Part shown: piece after piece, positions 42,710-52,314 of the stretch
Numbering within the stretch: the stretch's first letter is position 1
How the letters are laid out: each line of letters begins with the position of its first letter
NCBI GenBank assembly: GCA_050916045.1
Contig: CP051526.1
Location: 1,984,001 to 2,048,000, forward strand
DNA length: 64,000 nt
Reading direction: 5' to 3'
DNA from: Tepidisphaera sp.
Lineage (GTDB): Bacteria > Planctomycetota > Phycisphaerae > Phycisphaerales > UBA1924
Notes under the pieces: generated by a model
The model's input: only the letters and a program-made list of their open reading frames with translations
Database searches by the model: none
What the model was told of the DNA's origin: nothing
Made by a program: the position numbers and the translations under genes

Positions 42710-43290
42710 CAGAGCGATCCCTTGGTGCTGGGGACGTCGGTGGAAGCGGTGCGGGCGATAGCTTGTCTCAAGGCGAGGGCGAGGGCTTTGAAAGCGGCTT
42801 CGGCTTTGTGGTGGTCGTTTTCGCCGCGGAGGATGTCGAGGTGGAGGGTGGCGCGGAGGGTGGTGGCGAGGGAGCGGAAGAAGTGCGGGATGTTCTCGGT
42901 GGCGAGGGTGCCGATGCTGTCGCGGAGGAGCATGAGGTTGACGACGGCGAGGGGGCGGCCGGAGAGGTCGAGGACGGCGCGGGCGAGGGATTCGTCGAGG
43001 GGGGCGTAGGCGGAAGCGAAGCGGGTGATGCCGAGGCGGCTTGCGAGAGCTTGGTCGAGGGTTTGGCCGAGGGTGAGGGCGCAATCTTCGGCGGTGTGGT
43101 GGTCGTCGACGTGGAGGTCGCCGGTGCAGGCGAGATCGATGTCGATGCCGGAGTGTTTGGAGAGGGCGGTGAGCATGTGGTCGAGGAAGCCGATGCCTGT
43201 GGCGATGCGGGAGTCGCCGGTGCCGTCGAGGTTCACTGTGCAGGTGATTTTGGTTTCGCGGGTGGCGCGGGTGATGGAGGCGGTTCTCAT
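42709..43290 (-). CDS. hisB: Imidazoleglycerol-phosphate dehydratase
   Basis: RATRETKI, TGIGFLDHML, GDLHVDDHHTAED, GENDHHKAEAAFKA, STKG. Confidence 0.97.
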   Translation of the reverse strand: MRTASITRATRETKITCTVNLDGTGDSRIATGIGFLDHMLTALSKHSGIDIDLACTGDLHVDDHHTAEDCALTLGQTLDQALASRLGITRFASAYAPLDESLARAVLDLSGRPLAVVNLMLLRDSIGTLATENIPHFFRSLATTLRATLHLDILRGENDHHKAEAAFKALALALRQAIARTASTDVPSTKGSL

Positions 43291-44372
43291 CGGGGGGATT
43301 CCTCGGTGGCGTACTGACGGAGGGCGCGGCAGAGGCGGGCGAACTTCGCGGGGTTGCCGGGGCAGGTGATGCGGCAGGCGTAGGACGGGAGGTCGGTGCG
43401 GTTGTTCCACTCGCGTGTGGCGATGCCTTGGCGGCGCAGGCTTGCGTAGGGGGAAGCGTGGACGTCGTAGCGTGAGCCGGTGGTGACGAAGTTGGCCTCA
43501 CTGGACCAGGGGTCGAGGCCGAGGTCGGTGAGGAGGGTGAAGAGCTGGTCGCGTTCGGTGCGGACGTTGGCGACGTATTCGCGCATGAGGTGTTCGCAGG
43601 TTTCGAGGGCGCGACACGCGATGGCGGCGGAGGGAGCGGAGACGGCGTAGGGGCCGCCGGCGGAGCGGATCCAGTTGATGACGCGTGGGTCGCCGACGGC
43701 GTACCCGATACGGAGGCCGGCGAGGCCCCAGGCTTTGCTGAGGGTGCGGATGGCGAGGATGTTGGGGAGTTCGAGGGCGAGGGCTTGCAGGCTCTCTTGT
43801 GTTTGCGGATCGGTGAATTCGATGTAGGCGAGGTCGAGGATGATGAGAGCGTGGGGCGCGGCGAGGGCGATCGTGCGGACGTCGGACGCGGGGATGGTGA
43901 GGCCGGTGGGGTTGTTGGGCGTGACGAGGGCGATCGCGGCGGTGCGCTCGGTGATCGCGGCGAGGACTGCTTGGGTGGGGAAGGGGTCGGCGGTCCAGGG
44001 GATGTTGACGGCCGACGCGCCGGTGAGGGCGGCGTAGCGGGGGAACATCTCGAAGGTCGGGGGCGTGAGGATGATCTCGCGGCTTGGGTCGAGGACGGAG
44101 CGGCAGGCGCGGTCGATGGCGTCGTCGCCGCCGGCGGTCACGGTGAGGCGGTCGGAAGTGACGGAAAGGCGCGATGCGAGGAGGGCGCGGAGTTCGTCCG
44201 TCGAGGGGTAGCGGCGGAGGCGCGAGACATCTTCGAGGACGCGGAGGAGGTCGAGCGGGGGCGTCGGGCCTTCGTTGGCGTCGAGGAAGAGGTCGATGTG
44301 CGGCTCGAGCGGAAGCGTGGAGTAGGGCTTGCGCTGGACGGCGGGGCTCGGTTGGATGGCGAGGGGTTTCAT
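43287..44372 (-). CDS. hisC: Histidinol-phosphate aminotransferase
   Basis: LDANE, YP, PNNPTG, DLAYIEF, RTLSKAWGLAGLRIGY; position in his operon. Confidence 0.93.
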   Translation of the reverse strand: MKPLAIQPSPAVQRKPYSTLPLEPHIDLFLDANEGPTPPLDLLRVLEDVSRLRRYPSTDELRALLASRLSVTSDRLTVTAGGDDAIDRACRSVLDPSREIILTPPTFEMFPRYAALTGASAVNIPWTADPFPTQAVLAAITERTAAIALVTPNNPTGLTIPASDVRTIALAAPHALIILDLAYIEFTDPQTQESLQALALELPNILAIRTLSKAWGLAGLRIGYAVGDPRVINWIRSAGGPYAVSAPSAAIACRALETCEHLMREYVANVRTERDQLFTLLTDLGLDPWSSEANFVTTGSRYDVHASPYASLRRQGIATREWNNRTDLPSYACRITCPGNPAKFARLCRALRQYATEESPR

Positions 44373-44386
44373 CGTGTGGATCGTGG

Positions 44387-45259
44387 TCAGGCGACGAGTT
44401 GGTTGATAGTGCTGACGACGATGTCGGTGCCGCCGCGTTGCTTGATGGCGACGATGAGGGCGGGGAGGTCGGCGCGGGGGACGGCGGCTTTGACGGCGAA
44501 GCCTGCGCCGTGGTGGAGGGTGGCGATGGTGGGTTCGCGCATGCAGGGGAGGACTTCGACGACGGCTTCGAGGCGGTCGGCGGGGACGTTGAGCTCGATC
44601 ATGACGCGTTTGCGTGCTTCGAGGACGCCCTTGAGGAGGAGGACGAGTTTGTCGGCGGCTTCGCGGCGGGCGGGGTCCTGCATGGCTTCTGGGTTGGCGT
44701 AGAGGCGTGTGGTGGAACGGGTGAGTTCGTCGAAGATGACGAGGCCGTTGGCGGCGAGGGTGGCGCCGCTTGCGGCGATGTCGACGATGCAGTCGGCGTC
44801 TTCGGGGGGGAAGACCTCGGTTGCGCCGAAGCTTCGGACGAAGCGTGCTTTCATGCGGCGGGATTCGATCCAGCGGGTGGTGAGGCGTTCGAACTCGCTG
44901 GCGACGGTGACGGTGGGCGCGGTGAAGATGCCATCCTTGACGAGATCCGCTGGGGCGGCGGCGACGAGGCGGACGGGGTCAAGGCCGGTGTCGAGGAGTT
45001 CGACGAGGCGGGATTCCATGCCGAGCTCCTGGACCCAGTCGGCGCCGGCGAAACCGAGGTCGCGAGAGCCGGCGGCGAGCATCTCGATGATGTTCTGGGG
45101 CTTGAGGACTTTGGCTTCGAAGCCGGGCAGGCTGATGGTCGGGCGGTAGCCGCGAGCGGAGGAGGAGACGCGGATGCCGGCTTCGGCGAGGAGGGCGAGG
45201 ATGCCCTGTTCCATGCGGCCTTTGGGGAGGGCGAGTCGGATGGCGGCGGAGGGGAGCAT
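44387..45259 (-). CDS. hisG: ATP phosphoribosyltransferase (long form)
   Basis: LALPKGRM, DLGFAGADW, GATE, IVDI..SGATL.ANGL, C-terminal regulatory domain PCMREPTI. Confidence 0.96.
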   Translation of the reverse strand: MLPSAAIRLALPKGRMEQGILALLAEAGIRVSSSARGYRPTISLPGFEAKVLKPQNIIEMLAAGSRDLGFAGADWVQELGMESRLVELLDTGLDPVRLVAAAPADLVKDGIFTAPTVTVASEFERLTTRWIESRRMKARFVRSFGATEVFPPEDADCIVDIAASGATLAANGLVIFDELTRSTTRLYANPEAMQDPARREAADKLVLLLKGVLEARKRVMIELNVPADRLEAVVEVLPCMREPTIATLHHGAGFAVKAAVPRADLPALIVAIKQRGGTDIVVSTINQLVA

Positions 45260-45290
45260 GCGAGGGTCCTTTGGGCGGGGTAAAGGGGTG

Positions 45291-45326
45291 GAAAACGAAG
45301 AACGCCGGCCTGAGGAGGCCGGCGTC
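45291..45326 (-). terminator. Attenuator terminator of the his operon
   Basis: Minus strand GACGCCGGCCT-CCTC-AGGCCGGCGTT followed by CTTCGTTTT, between leader ORF and hisG. Confidence 0.8.
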
Positions 45327-45364
45327 GAGGATTGCACTTTGCTTTTCTGGAAAGCGTGCGCGAC

Positions 45365-45427
45365 TCAACCGGCCCCATGGGGATCATGGTGATGATGGTG
45401 GCCGGAATGGAACGCGGAGAACGTCAC
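45365..45427 (-). CDS. hisL: his operon leader peptide MTFSAFHSGHHHHHDPHGAG
   Basis: GTG start, 7 His codons of 20, stop 105 nt upstream of hisG, followed by terminator. Confidence 0.8.
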   Translation of the reverse strand: MTFSAFHSGHHHHHDPHGAG

Positions 45428-45433
45428 GGGCAA

Positions 45434-45462
45434 AGTCTCGGAGGGGTCGGGGGGAAAGTCAA
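45434..45462 (-). promoter_or_regulatory. Putative sigma-70 promoter for his leader
   Basis: TTGACT-17 nt-GAGACT, 6 nt before the leader GTG. Confidence 0.6.
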
Positions 45463-45477
45463 GGGATGGAAGGTGTT

Positions 45478-46818
45478 TCAGGGTTTCCGGGCACCGGAAA
45501 TGCGGAGGATCATGTTGTTCATGTCGCAGGTGAAGAGGAGGGAGCCGTCGGCGGCTTGCACGATGTCGACGGGTCGGATGAGGGGTGTCCAGCGAGCGCG
45601 TTTGGTGGCGGGGTCTTCGGTGCGGCGGATGCCGCGGACGAGGGTGACGTGGCCGATCGGGCGGTCTTCGACGGGGTCGAAGAGGACACGCTCGATGCTG
45701 TAGCCTGCGGGATTGGGCGTGTTCCACGAGCCGTGGCAGGCGACGACGAGGTCCAGGCCGCCGAGTTCGGTCGGGAGGGCACCGGGACGGGCGGCGAGTC
45801 GCGAGGTGATGTCGGGGTCGAGGAAGCAGAAGCCGGAGGCGCCGGCGTGGGCCGGGAGGCTTTGCTTGGGGGGCGTGGTCTTTGCCGCCAGGTCGGCGAG
45901 GTCGGACTTGGCGGCGAATTCGGGGCGGGGGATGCGGTCGCCGACGAGGAAGGGGTGCCCGTAGAAGCTTGACTCGGTGTAGACGTTGATCTCGTCGGGG
46001 GGGAGGGTCTCGGTCATGGGTTGGCCGGCACCGGGCTCGTCGGGATTCTGGCCCGGCTTTTCTCCGAGGATGCGGCCGAACCAGTCGGAGCCCTGATCGA
46101 CGCCCCAGAGTTCGATGGCGGGAGGGCGCGGCTTTCCGGTGGGGCGGAGGCGGAGCTTATCTGTGGAGCGGAGGCCGGAGGCGAAGAGCTTTTTGTCGGA
46201 GCCGTCGAGGGCGAAGGACCAGATCTTCTGGCGGTCGGTGTCGGATTCGTCGGTGATGTTGGCGGTGTCACCGATGGCGGTGAAGAGGCGGCTTTCGGTG
46301 ACGAGGATGGCACGCCACCAGTTGGCGCCGCCGGCGGGGAGGGAGCCATCCTTGAGGACTTCGATGTTCTCGTCGGCTTTCCCGTCGCCGTCGTTGTCGC
46401 GGGCTTTCCAGATGGACCCGCTGGTGGAGTACCAGAGCCAGCCTGCGCCGGGGAGGGCGGGCTTGCCTGGGGCGGCGGAGTCCTGGACGAAGCAGAGGCC
46501 GTGGAGGGTGACGGGTCCGGTGACGAAGGTCTCGCGCCATTCGTAGAAGCCGTCGCCGTCGCGGTCGCGGAGGCAGAGGATGTCGCCGGAGGTGCTTCGG
46601 CGCTGACCTTCGGAGGGCGGGGCGTAGGGGCGGCTGACGAAGAGGCGGCTTGCGCCGTCGGATTCGACGTGGCGGAGGTTGGAAAGGTCGGAAGCGGCGA
46701 GGGAGACGGTGTAGCCGGGGCGGACGGTGAGGTCCTTGAGCCAGGTGGGAGGCGGCGGGGCTTTGGCGGGTTGCGGCGCGGTGGAGAGTGCCGCGAGGAG
46801 GAGGGTCAGGTTGAGCAC
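45478..46818 (-). CDS. Secreted glucose/sorbosone dehydrogenase-like beta-propeller protein
   Basis: Signal peptide; DRDGDG, FASGLR, DEIN...FYGHP, HGSWN..GY, RPVDI...DGSLLFT. Confidence 0.82.
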   Translation of the reverse strand: MLNLTLLLAALSTAPQPAKAPPPPTWLKDLTVRPGYTVSLAASDLSNLRHVESDGASRLFVSRPYAPPSEGQRRSTSGDILCLRDRDGDGFYEWRETFVTGPVTLHGLCFVQDSAAPGKPALPGAGWLWYSTSGSIWKARDNDGDGKADENIEVLKDGSLPAGGANWWRAILVTESRLFTAIGDTANITDESDTDRQKIWSFALDGSDKKLFASGLRSTDKLRLRPTGKPRPPAIELWGVDQGSDWFGRILGEKPGQNPDEPGAGQPMTETLPPDEINVYTESSFYGHPFLVGDRIPRPEFAAKSDLADLAAKTTPPKQSLPAHAGASGFCFLDPDITSRLAARPGALPTELGGLDLVVACHGSWNTPNPAGYSIERVLFDPVEDRPIGHVTLVRGIRRTEDPATKRARWTPLIRPVDIVQAADGSLLFTCDMNNMILRISGARKP

Positions 46819-46887
46819 GCGCGGCTCCTTGGTGCGGGTGCGTGAGGGTACGTCGGGCGGGCGTGGCCCGCCCCACTACGATGGGAG

Positions 46888-47565
46888 ATGCGACGTGCGT
46901 TCACGCTGATTGAGCTTTTGGTGGTGATCGCGATCATCACGCTGCTCATCGGGCTTGCGCTTCCGGCGCTGGGGGCGGCGCGGGAAGCGGGCCGGCAGAC
47001 GGTGTGCTTGTCGAATCTGAAGGGGATTCACGCGGTCGTGCGGATGTATGCGGACACGCACAAGGGGCTGACGCCGGCGCTGGGGCAGCCGTACGGGTCG
47101 GTGCCGAACTGGGCGCTGGTGGTGCAGCAGGCGGCGGGGACGAGCGGGTCGACGGGGGGCGAGCTTTATGCGGCGGGGTCGGTTTTGACGTGTCCGACGT
47201 CGCGATCAGTGTACGGGCTGCCGATGCAGCGTTGTTACGCGATCAACGTGACGGGGCATGGTGGGCAGCCGGGGGATCCGGACACGTTTGATGATGCTTC
47301 GCGGCCGGCGTACATCAAGATGGATCTGGTGGGGCGGCCGTGGGAGGTTCCGCTTTTCGTGGATTCGAAGCAGACGCCGAGCGGGCCGGAGCAGCCGCCG
47401 TCGGTGCGGACGTGGAGCGTGATTGATTTTCGGCTTGAGGATCACCTGGTGAACCGGGCGTTCTTTCTGCACGCGAAGGGTGTGCGGATGAACACGGGGT
47501 ATGTGGATGGGCACGCGGCGGCGGTGAGGGAGATTCCGGAGGCGTGGGGGGAGCCGCTTCCGTGA
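46888..47565 (+). CDS. Prepilin-type N-terminal cleavage domain protein (DUF1559-like, H-X9-DG-type C-terminus)
   Basis: [29 protein letters not shown]...C.SNL; HAKGVRMNTGYVDGHA. Confidence 0.9.
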   Translation: MRRAFTLIELLVVIAIITLLIGLALPALGAAREAGRQTVCLSNLKGIHAVVRMYADTHKGLTPALGQPYGSVPNWALVVQQAAGTSGSTGGELYAAGSVLTCPTSRSVYGLPMQRCYAINVTGHGGQPGDPDTFDDASRPAYIKMDLVGRPWEVPLFVDSKQTPSGPEQPPSVRTWSVIDFRLEDHLVNRAFFLHAKGVRMNTGYVDGHAAAVREIPEAWGEPLP

Positions 47566-47587
47566 CGGGTGGCCTGGCCATACGTAG

Positions 47588-48357
47588 CAGCCTGAAGGGC
47601 TGGTCATGCGTAGCCGGGGGTGGAGGAGGCTTGGCGACGACACCCCCGGACCTTGGTTGCGGGAACGTGAAGTCCGCAGGACTTCTCGTCGCTCAGGTCC
47701 AAACGTAATGCTCGTCCCACTCGATCCCGTACTTTCGGAAGAACAATCGCATTTCGTCCTTGAAATCAACAGATTGATGATGGGCTTTCTGGTTGGCGAT
47801 GTAGGCTCGAAGCGGTTCAACGCCCGATTCACCGAGCGAGAGCGCGAAGTAGCCGTCTTGCCATTCAAAGGCGGACTTGTGTAGCTTCATCCATTTCGAC
47901 GAGTCGCGTTTGATGTTCAGCATGAGATCGGAGAGTGCGACTGTCTTTCCAAGGTTTACGAGCATGTGAACATGGTCTGTCACACCACCCATGGCGTGGA
48001 GGGAGGAGTCCATGCGGCGACAGATGCCGCCGATGTAGGCGTAGAGGTCCGGCTCAGCGCTCTCGGGAATGAGGGGCTCTCGGTGCTTGGTTGAGAAGGT
48101 GATGTGGATGAGCAGCTTGGTAAGAGTCGAAGCCATGAACTGAAGATAGCGACGAGCAGCCTTTCAGGCTGCGTATCGGGGGGAGCCTTCCGGGGGTGGG
48201 GCCGCAAAGCCGGCCCTCACCCCCGGTTGTGGACGATGCGTCCGCGGTTGAGTGACGAGAAGTCCTTCGGACTTCAAGAACGGCGTCTCGCTATCCGGGG
48301 GTGGGTTCGCAAAGCCGATCCCACCCCCGGCTACGAACGATACAGGCCTTCGGCCTG
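47588..48357. repeat. Inverted REP-type flanks around tnpA (47588-47650; 48157-48226; 48295-48357)
   Basis: CAGCC.GAAGGGCTG-N7-GTAGCCGGGGGTGG..CACCCCCGG on the left and its reverse-complement equivalent on the right; a related orphan copy at ~32131-32176. Confidence 0.75.
47693..48136 (-). mobile_element. tnpA: IS200/IS605-family Y1 transposase (TnpA/RAYT-type, no tnpB)
   Basis: HITFSTKHR, DHVHML HUH motif, K..SSKW, FEWQDGY, YIANQ.AHH. Confidence 0.92.
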
Positions 48358-48419
48358 GAAGGCGGAGGGAAAGGTCAGCCATGAAGGAAGGAAGCGTGGA
48401 ATGACCGTAAGGTTGAACT

Positions 48420-48845
48420 ATGGGCGAGAATCTGTTCGACATTCCTGAGGTGACGGGGCGGGACGAAGCGTTGATCGCGGCGTATGCGGCGAGCGGGCGG
48501 ACGCTTGATGATCTGCCGTACACGAAGGAGTTCGAGGCGCTGTTTGATGCGGTGAAGGGGGAGTATGCGTCGCCGGCGGCGGCGTTTCGGCGGCTTCACA
48601 CGCTTCGTAAAGCGGGGAAACTGCCGAGGGCGAACGCTCGGGGGGTTTCGCCGGCGAAGGTGTCGGAGGAGGATGAGAGGCTTCTGATTTCGCTGGTGGT
48701 GCGGGAGTGCGGGACGCTGGGGCAGCGGGACCAGTTGCCGCTGACTCCGAAGTTTGACGTGGTGGCGGCGGAGTTTTTGGCGGCGACGAAGCGTCAGATG
48801 ACGCCGCATGACCTGTGGCGGCTGATCGCGCGGCTGGCGAAGTAG
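48420..48845 (+). CDS. Hypothetical protein with internal duplication
   Basis: DEALI..Y...G.TLDDLPYTKEFE and DERLLI......GTLGQRDQLPLTPKFD halves. Confidence 0.75.
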   Translation: MGENLFDIPEVTGRDEALIAAYAASGRTLDDLPYTKEFEALFDAVKGEYASPAAAFRRLHTLRKAGKLPRANARGVSPAKVSEEDERLLISLVVRECGTLGQRDQLPLTPKFDVVAAEFLAATKRQMTPHDLWRLIARLAK

Positions 48846-48861
48846 ACCGATACCCTGCGGC

Positions 48862-49839
48862 ATGACGACTCGCTCTTTGGATGCGCTTTTGGAATCGATT
48901 GTGGACTATGCCGGGCTTTATCCGCCGGCGAAGCTGCCGATGCAGGGTTCGGTTGAGAACTATGCGCGGGATCGGGCGGGGCCGCATGCGCGGATGCTGG
49001 GGCGGTTCATCTGTCCGGTGTCGCGGCTGGGTGAGTTTTCGAAAGCGGCTTCGCCGCTTTTGCCGGGGACGTTCGCGACGTCGGGGTATCGGGAGCATGC
49101 GCGGGGCGGGGAGATCAGCCAGCCGTGGCTGCTGTCGGTGCTTGTGGATGGGGCGACGGGGGAGGATGCGGTGGGCGGGATGATGCGGGATCTGGAAGCG
49201 ATCCAGGCGTTCAACCTGCGGCATGCGCACGAGGACCACGGGCTTGCGGTGATCGACACGATCGAGGTGAAGCCGCCGACGCCGGACTTCATCGATGAGG
49301 TGATCGAGGAGATTCCGGAATCGATCTTTCCGTTCTTTGAGATTCCGGCGGAGGGGGATGCTCGCGGGTTCATCGCGGCGCTGCCGGGGCATGCGGCGGG
49401 GGCGAAGATCCGGACGGGCGGGGTGACGGAGGATGCGTTCCCGACGGCGCAGCGGGTGGCGCTTTTCATCGATGCGTGCAGGCTTGCGGAGATCGCGTTC
49501 AAAGCGACGGCGGGGCTTCATCATCCGGTGCGGGGTCAGTATCCGCTGACGTACGAGAAGGGGTGCGCGAAGGGGACGATGTTCGGGTTCCTCAATGTGT
49601 TCGTGGCGGCGGTGATGGCGCACACGCATGAGCTTGAGCCGGAGGAACTCGCGAAGTGCTTGAGCGAGACGAACGCGGGTGCGTTTGCGTTCAGCGATGC
49701 GGGCGTGGCGTGGGGATCTCGGAAAGCGACGCCCGAGCAGATCACGAAAGCTCGCGGGGAATTCGCGGTGTCGTTCGGGTCGTGCTCGTTTGAGGAGCCG
49801 GTGGCGGACCTCAAAGCGATGGGCCTGCTGAAGGACTAG
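48862..49839 (+). CDS. Conserved hypothetical protein (TIM-barrel-like)
   Basis: IVDYAGLYPPA, KIRTGG, FKATAGLHHP, FGFLNV, SFGSCSFEEP motifs of a widespread uncharacterised family. Confidence 0.8.
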   Translation: MTTRSLDALLESIVDYAGLYPPAKLPMQGSVENYARDRAGPHARMLGRFICPVSRLGEFSKAASPLLPGTFATSGYREHARGGEISQPWLLSVLVDGATGEDAVGGMMRDLEAIQAFNLRHAHEDHGLAVIDTIEVKPPTPDFIDEVIEEIPESIFPFFEIPAEGDARGFIAALPGHAAGAKIRTGGVTEDAFPTAQRVALFIDACRLAEIAFKATAGLHHPVRGQYPLTYEKGCAKGTMFGFLNVFVAAVMAHTHELEPEELAKCLSETNAGAFAFSDAGVAWGSRKATPEQITKARGEFAVSFGSCSFEEPVADLKAMGLLKD

Positions 49840-51059
49840 GTTGATGGGCGTGAGACGATCGCGCCGCTTGCGATGACGGAATGAGCGCCGGGGCCGCCGA
49901 ACTCGAACGCGAGTTCGCGCGGGTCGGTGGTGTTCCAGAGGACGAGGTCGGCTCGCGATTCGGCCTGGATGCGGCCGCGGTCGTCGAGTTGGAGGACGGC
50001 GGCGGCGTTGGCGGTGCAGGCGGTGAGGGCTTCGGCGGGCGTGAGGCCGCAGGAGCGGACGGCGAACGCCATGGCGAGGGGGAGTGAGCCGCTTGGAGCG
50101 GAGCCGGGGTTCCAGTTGGTCGCGATCGCGGCGGCGCCGCCGTGGTCGATGATCCTGCGAAGGTTGGCGGCGGGGCCGGAGCCAAGGTGGGCGACGCAGA
50201 GGGGGAGCGCGACGGCGATCGCGTCTGAGGCGGCCAGGGCAAGGGCGTCGGCTTCGGTGGTGGCTTCGAGATGGTCGACGGAGCGAGCACCGAGGCGGAT
50301 GGCTTCTCGGGTCATGCCGAGGGAATTGAACTGGTCGGCGTGGACGCGGATGGGGTGGCCGAGGGCGCGTGCTTTCTCGAAGAGGAGGACGGTCTGGTCG
50401 AGGGACCAGGCACCCTTCTCGCAGAAGGCGTCGATGGTGATGCCTGGGAACTCGGCGGAGACGGCTGGAAGGGTCTCGTTGATCACGCGGCCCACGAAGC
50501 CTGGCTCATCGGGATCGATCGCGTGGCCGAGGAGCGCGGTTGCGATGAGGGTGCCGGGCCACCTTGAGCGAGCGGCGGCGATGGCGCGGAGCATCTTGAG
50601 CTCGGCGTCGGTGGAAAGGCCGTAGCCGGATTTGACCTCGGCGGTGGTCGTGCCGGAGGCGAGCATGCGATTGAGGCGGGTGAGGAGGGAGGCGGTGAGG
50701 TCTTCCTGGGACGCGGCGCGGACGGCGCGGACGGTGGACATGATGCCGCCACCGGCTTTGAGGATCGAGAGGTAGTCCTCGCCGCGGAGCTTGCGTTCCC
50801 ACTCGTCGAGGCGCGAGCCGGCCCAGCATGCGTGGGTGTGGCAGTCGATGAGGCCGGGGGTGAGAAGGCGGCCGGAGGCGTGGATGATGGTCGAGCCGAC
50901 GGGCGCGGGGAGGTTTGGGCCGACGGCGGCGATGCGATCACCTTCGCAGAGGACATCAGCGGCTTCGATGGTGGCGAGGGTGTTCATCGCCGGGCCGCGG
51001 CGGGGGCCGGAGCCTTGGGGGACGGTCACGACGGTGGCGCCGCGGATCAGGAGGGGCAT
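49836..51059 (-). CDS. hutI: Imidazolonepropionase
   Basis: PGLIDCHTH, GGGIMSTVRAVR, EVKSGYGL, DAFCEKG, HADQF, SVDHLE, ATNWNPGS. Confidence 0.95.
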   Translation of the reverse strand: MPLLIRGATVVTVPQGSGPRRGPAMNTLATIEAADVLCEGDRIAAVGPNLPAPVGSTIIHASGRLLTPGLIDCHTHACWAGSRLDEWERKLRGEDYLSILKAGGGIMSTVRAVRAASQEDLTASLLTRLNRMLASGTTTAEVKSGYGLSTDAELKMLRAIAAARSRWPGTLIATALLGHAIDPDEPGFVGRVINETLPAVSAEFPGITIDAFCEKGAWSLDQTVLLFEKARALGHPIRVHADQFNSLGMTREAIRLGARSVDHLEATTEADALALAASDAIAVALPLCVAHLGSGPAANLRRIIDHGGAAAIATNWNPGSAPSGSLPLAMAFAVRSCGLTPAEALTACTANAAAVLQLDDRGRIQAESRADLVLWNTTDPRELAFEFGGPGAHSVIASGAIVSRPST

Positions 51060-51258
51060 GGGCGGAGTGTACCGGGGGCGCGGGCAGGTCCGGTATCGCG
51101 TGAATGGGGGTTCTCGGGGCCTGGCGAGGCCCGAGGCACGGAGAAAACCGGACAAACCGCGCGCGGCGGGAGGGATTTCGCTGGTTTTCCTTCATTTCTG
51201 GGTCACACTGTCTTCGGCGGCATCGGCGCGTTGGGCGGGCCGCGTGAAGGGGTTCAGC

Positions 51259-51993
51259 ATGATCATCGAGACTATGGCTGTGGTCGCGTGTTCGGTTCTT
51301 CCGGCGATGGGCGGGGCTTCCGGGTGCGGCGGGGTGGCATTGCCGCCTTCGGCGGCGCAGGTGGCGGTGACGTCGCTTGACGGGGTGGACGGGCGGGGCG
51401 TGTGGGTGTGGCACAAGACGGTCGGGTACGACGTGCGGGAGAACATCCGCGTGGCGGACCGGCCGATGTATCCGGCGGGGCGGGTCGATTCGGTGCGTCG
51501 TCCGGGATTCAACGGGATGGCGTGGCGGGGCGAGACGTTTGTCGGCGGCGTGGAGCGGTACGCGACGGACTCGGGCTCACCGGGCGCGATGGCGTACGGG
51601 GCTTCGGGCGATGAGGGCGTGGTCGCGAACCTTCGCGTCGGGCCGTATGTGATCGGGATCAATCCGTTCGAAGAGATTCGGGCGGAAGGCAAGGAGATCC
51701 CCCGGCAGATCCTGACGAAGATGGAAGACGCTCGGAACCAGTGGCTGAAGGATCGCGGGTATGTCGGCGGGGTGCGGACGTTCCGCAATCCGGCGGCCCC
51801 GGCGGCGGCCAAACAGGCGATTGACCTGACGCCCAAAGCCGTGATTCCCGCTCCGACGGACCTGCCGCGGGTGCGGAACCGGATGGAAGTTCGGGCGACG
51901 ACGCCGATGATGAACCTGGCGGGCGCGACGCGCGTGTCGATGCCGAATCAGATGATGGCCGATCGTTCTCCGCCGCGGCTGGCTTCGAAGTAA
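51259..51993 (+). CDS. Hypothetical exported protein
   Basis: Hydrophobic N-terminus; ARNQWLKDRGYVGGVRTFRN. Confidence 0.6.
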   Translation: MIIETMAVVACSVLPAMGGASGCGGVALPPSAAQVAVTSLDGVDGRGVWVWHKTVGYDVRENIRVADRPMYPAGRVDSVRRPGFNGMAWRGETFVGGVERYATDSGSPGAMAYGASGDEGVVANLRVGPYVIGINPFEEIRAEGKEIPRQILTKMEDARNQWLKDRGYVGGVRTFRNPAAPAAAKQAIDLTPKAVIPAPTDLPRVRNRMEVRATTPMMNLAGATRVSMPNQMMADRSPPRLASK

Positions 51994-52120
51994 TGTCGAA
52001 CTCCCCCACCGCTCGCGGATGGGGTGGTCGGAACCTTCAAGAACTCCCCTCTCTCAGCGGGCTCCTTGAACACGCCTTGCGGACGGACCGCGGCTTGTTC
52101 AAGGAGCCTCTGTCATTTTC

Positions 52121-52303
52121 GTGCACGCGGCGGGAGTGCTGCGACGGGGTGGTTGCCTGTCTGGGGGTGAAGTGTCGGACTTCCCTTGCTGGCGCGGCGG
52201 GCTCGTTGACGCTGCGCGAGTGCACGCGACGTCAGTGCGGCGACGAGGTCTTCGCCTGTCTGGGGGTGAGGTGTCGGACTTCCCTTGCTGGCGCGGCGGG
52301 CTC
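52121..52303. repeat. Two ~100-bp direct repeats ending in REP CCCTTGCTGGCGCGGCGGGCTC (related inverted copy at ~21040-21075)
   Basis: GCCTGTCTGGGGGTGARGTGTCGGACTTCCCTTGCTGGCGCGGCGGGCTC occurs twice; preceded by hairpin at 52059-52110. Confidence 0.85.
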
Positions 52304-52314
52304 TGAAAGAGAGT

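Noticed and set aside
41186..43501. 771-aa ORF as one HisB-H-F protein
   Set aside because: The first 264 codons are an off-frame Arg/Pro-rich read of hisB/hisC; real HisH starts at 42709
48190..48330. c-di-GMP riboswitch (GCAAAGCC motifs)
   Set aside because: Motifs are loops of the REP hairpins flanking tnpA; the rest of the aptamer is absent
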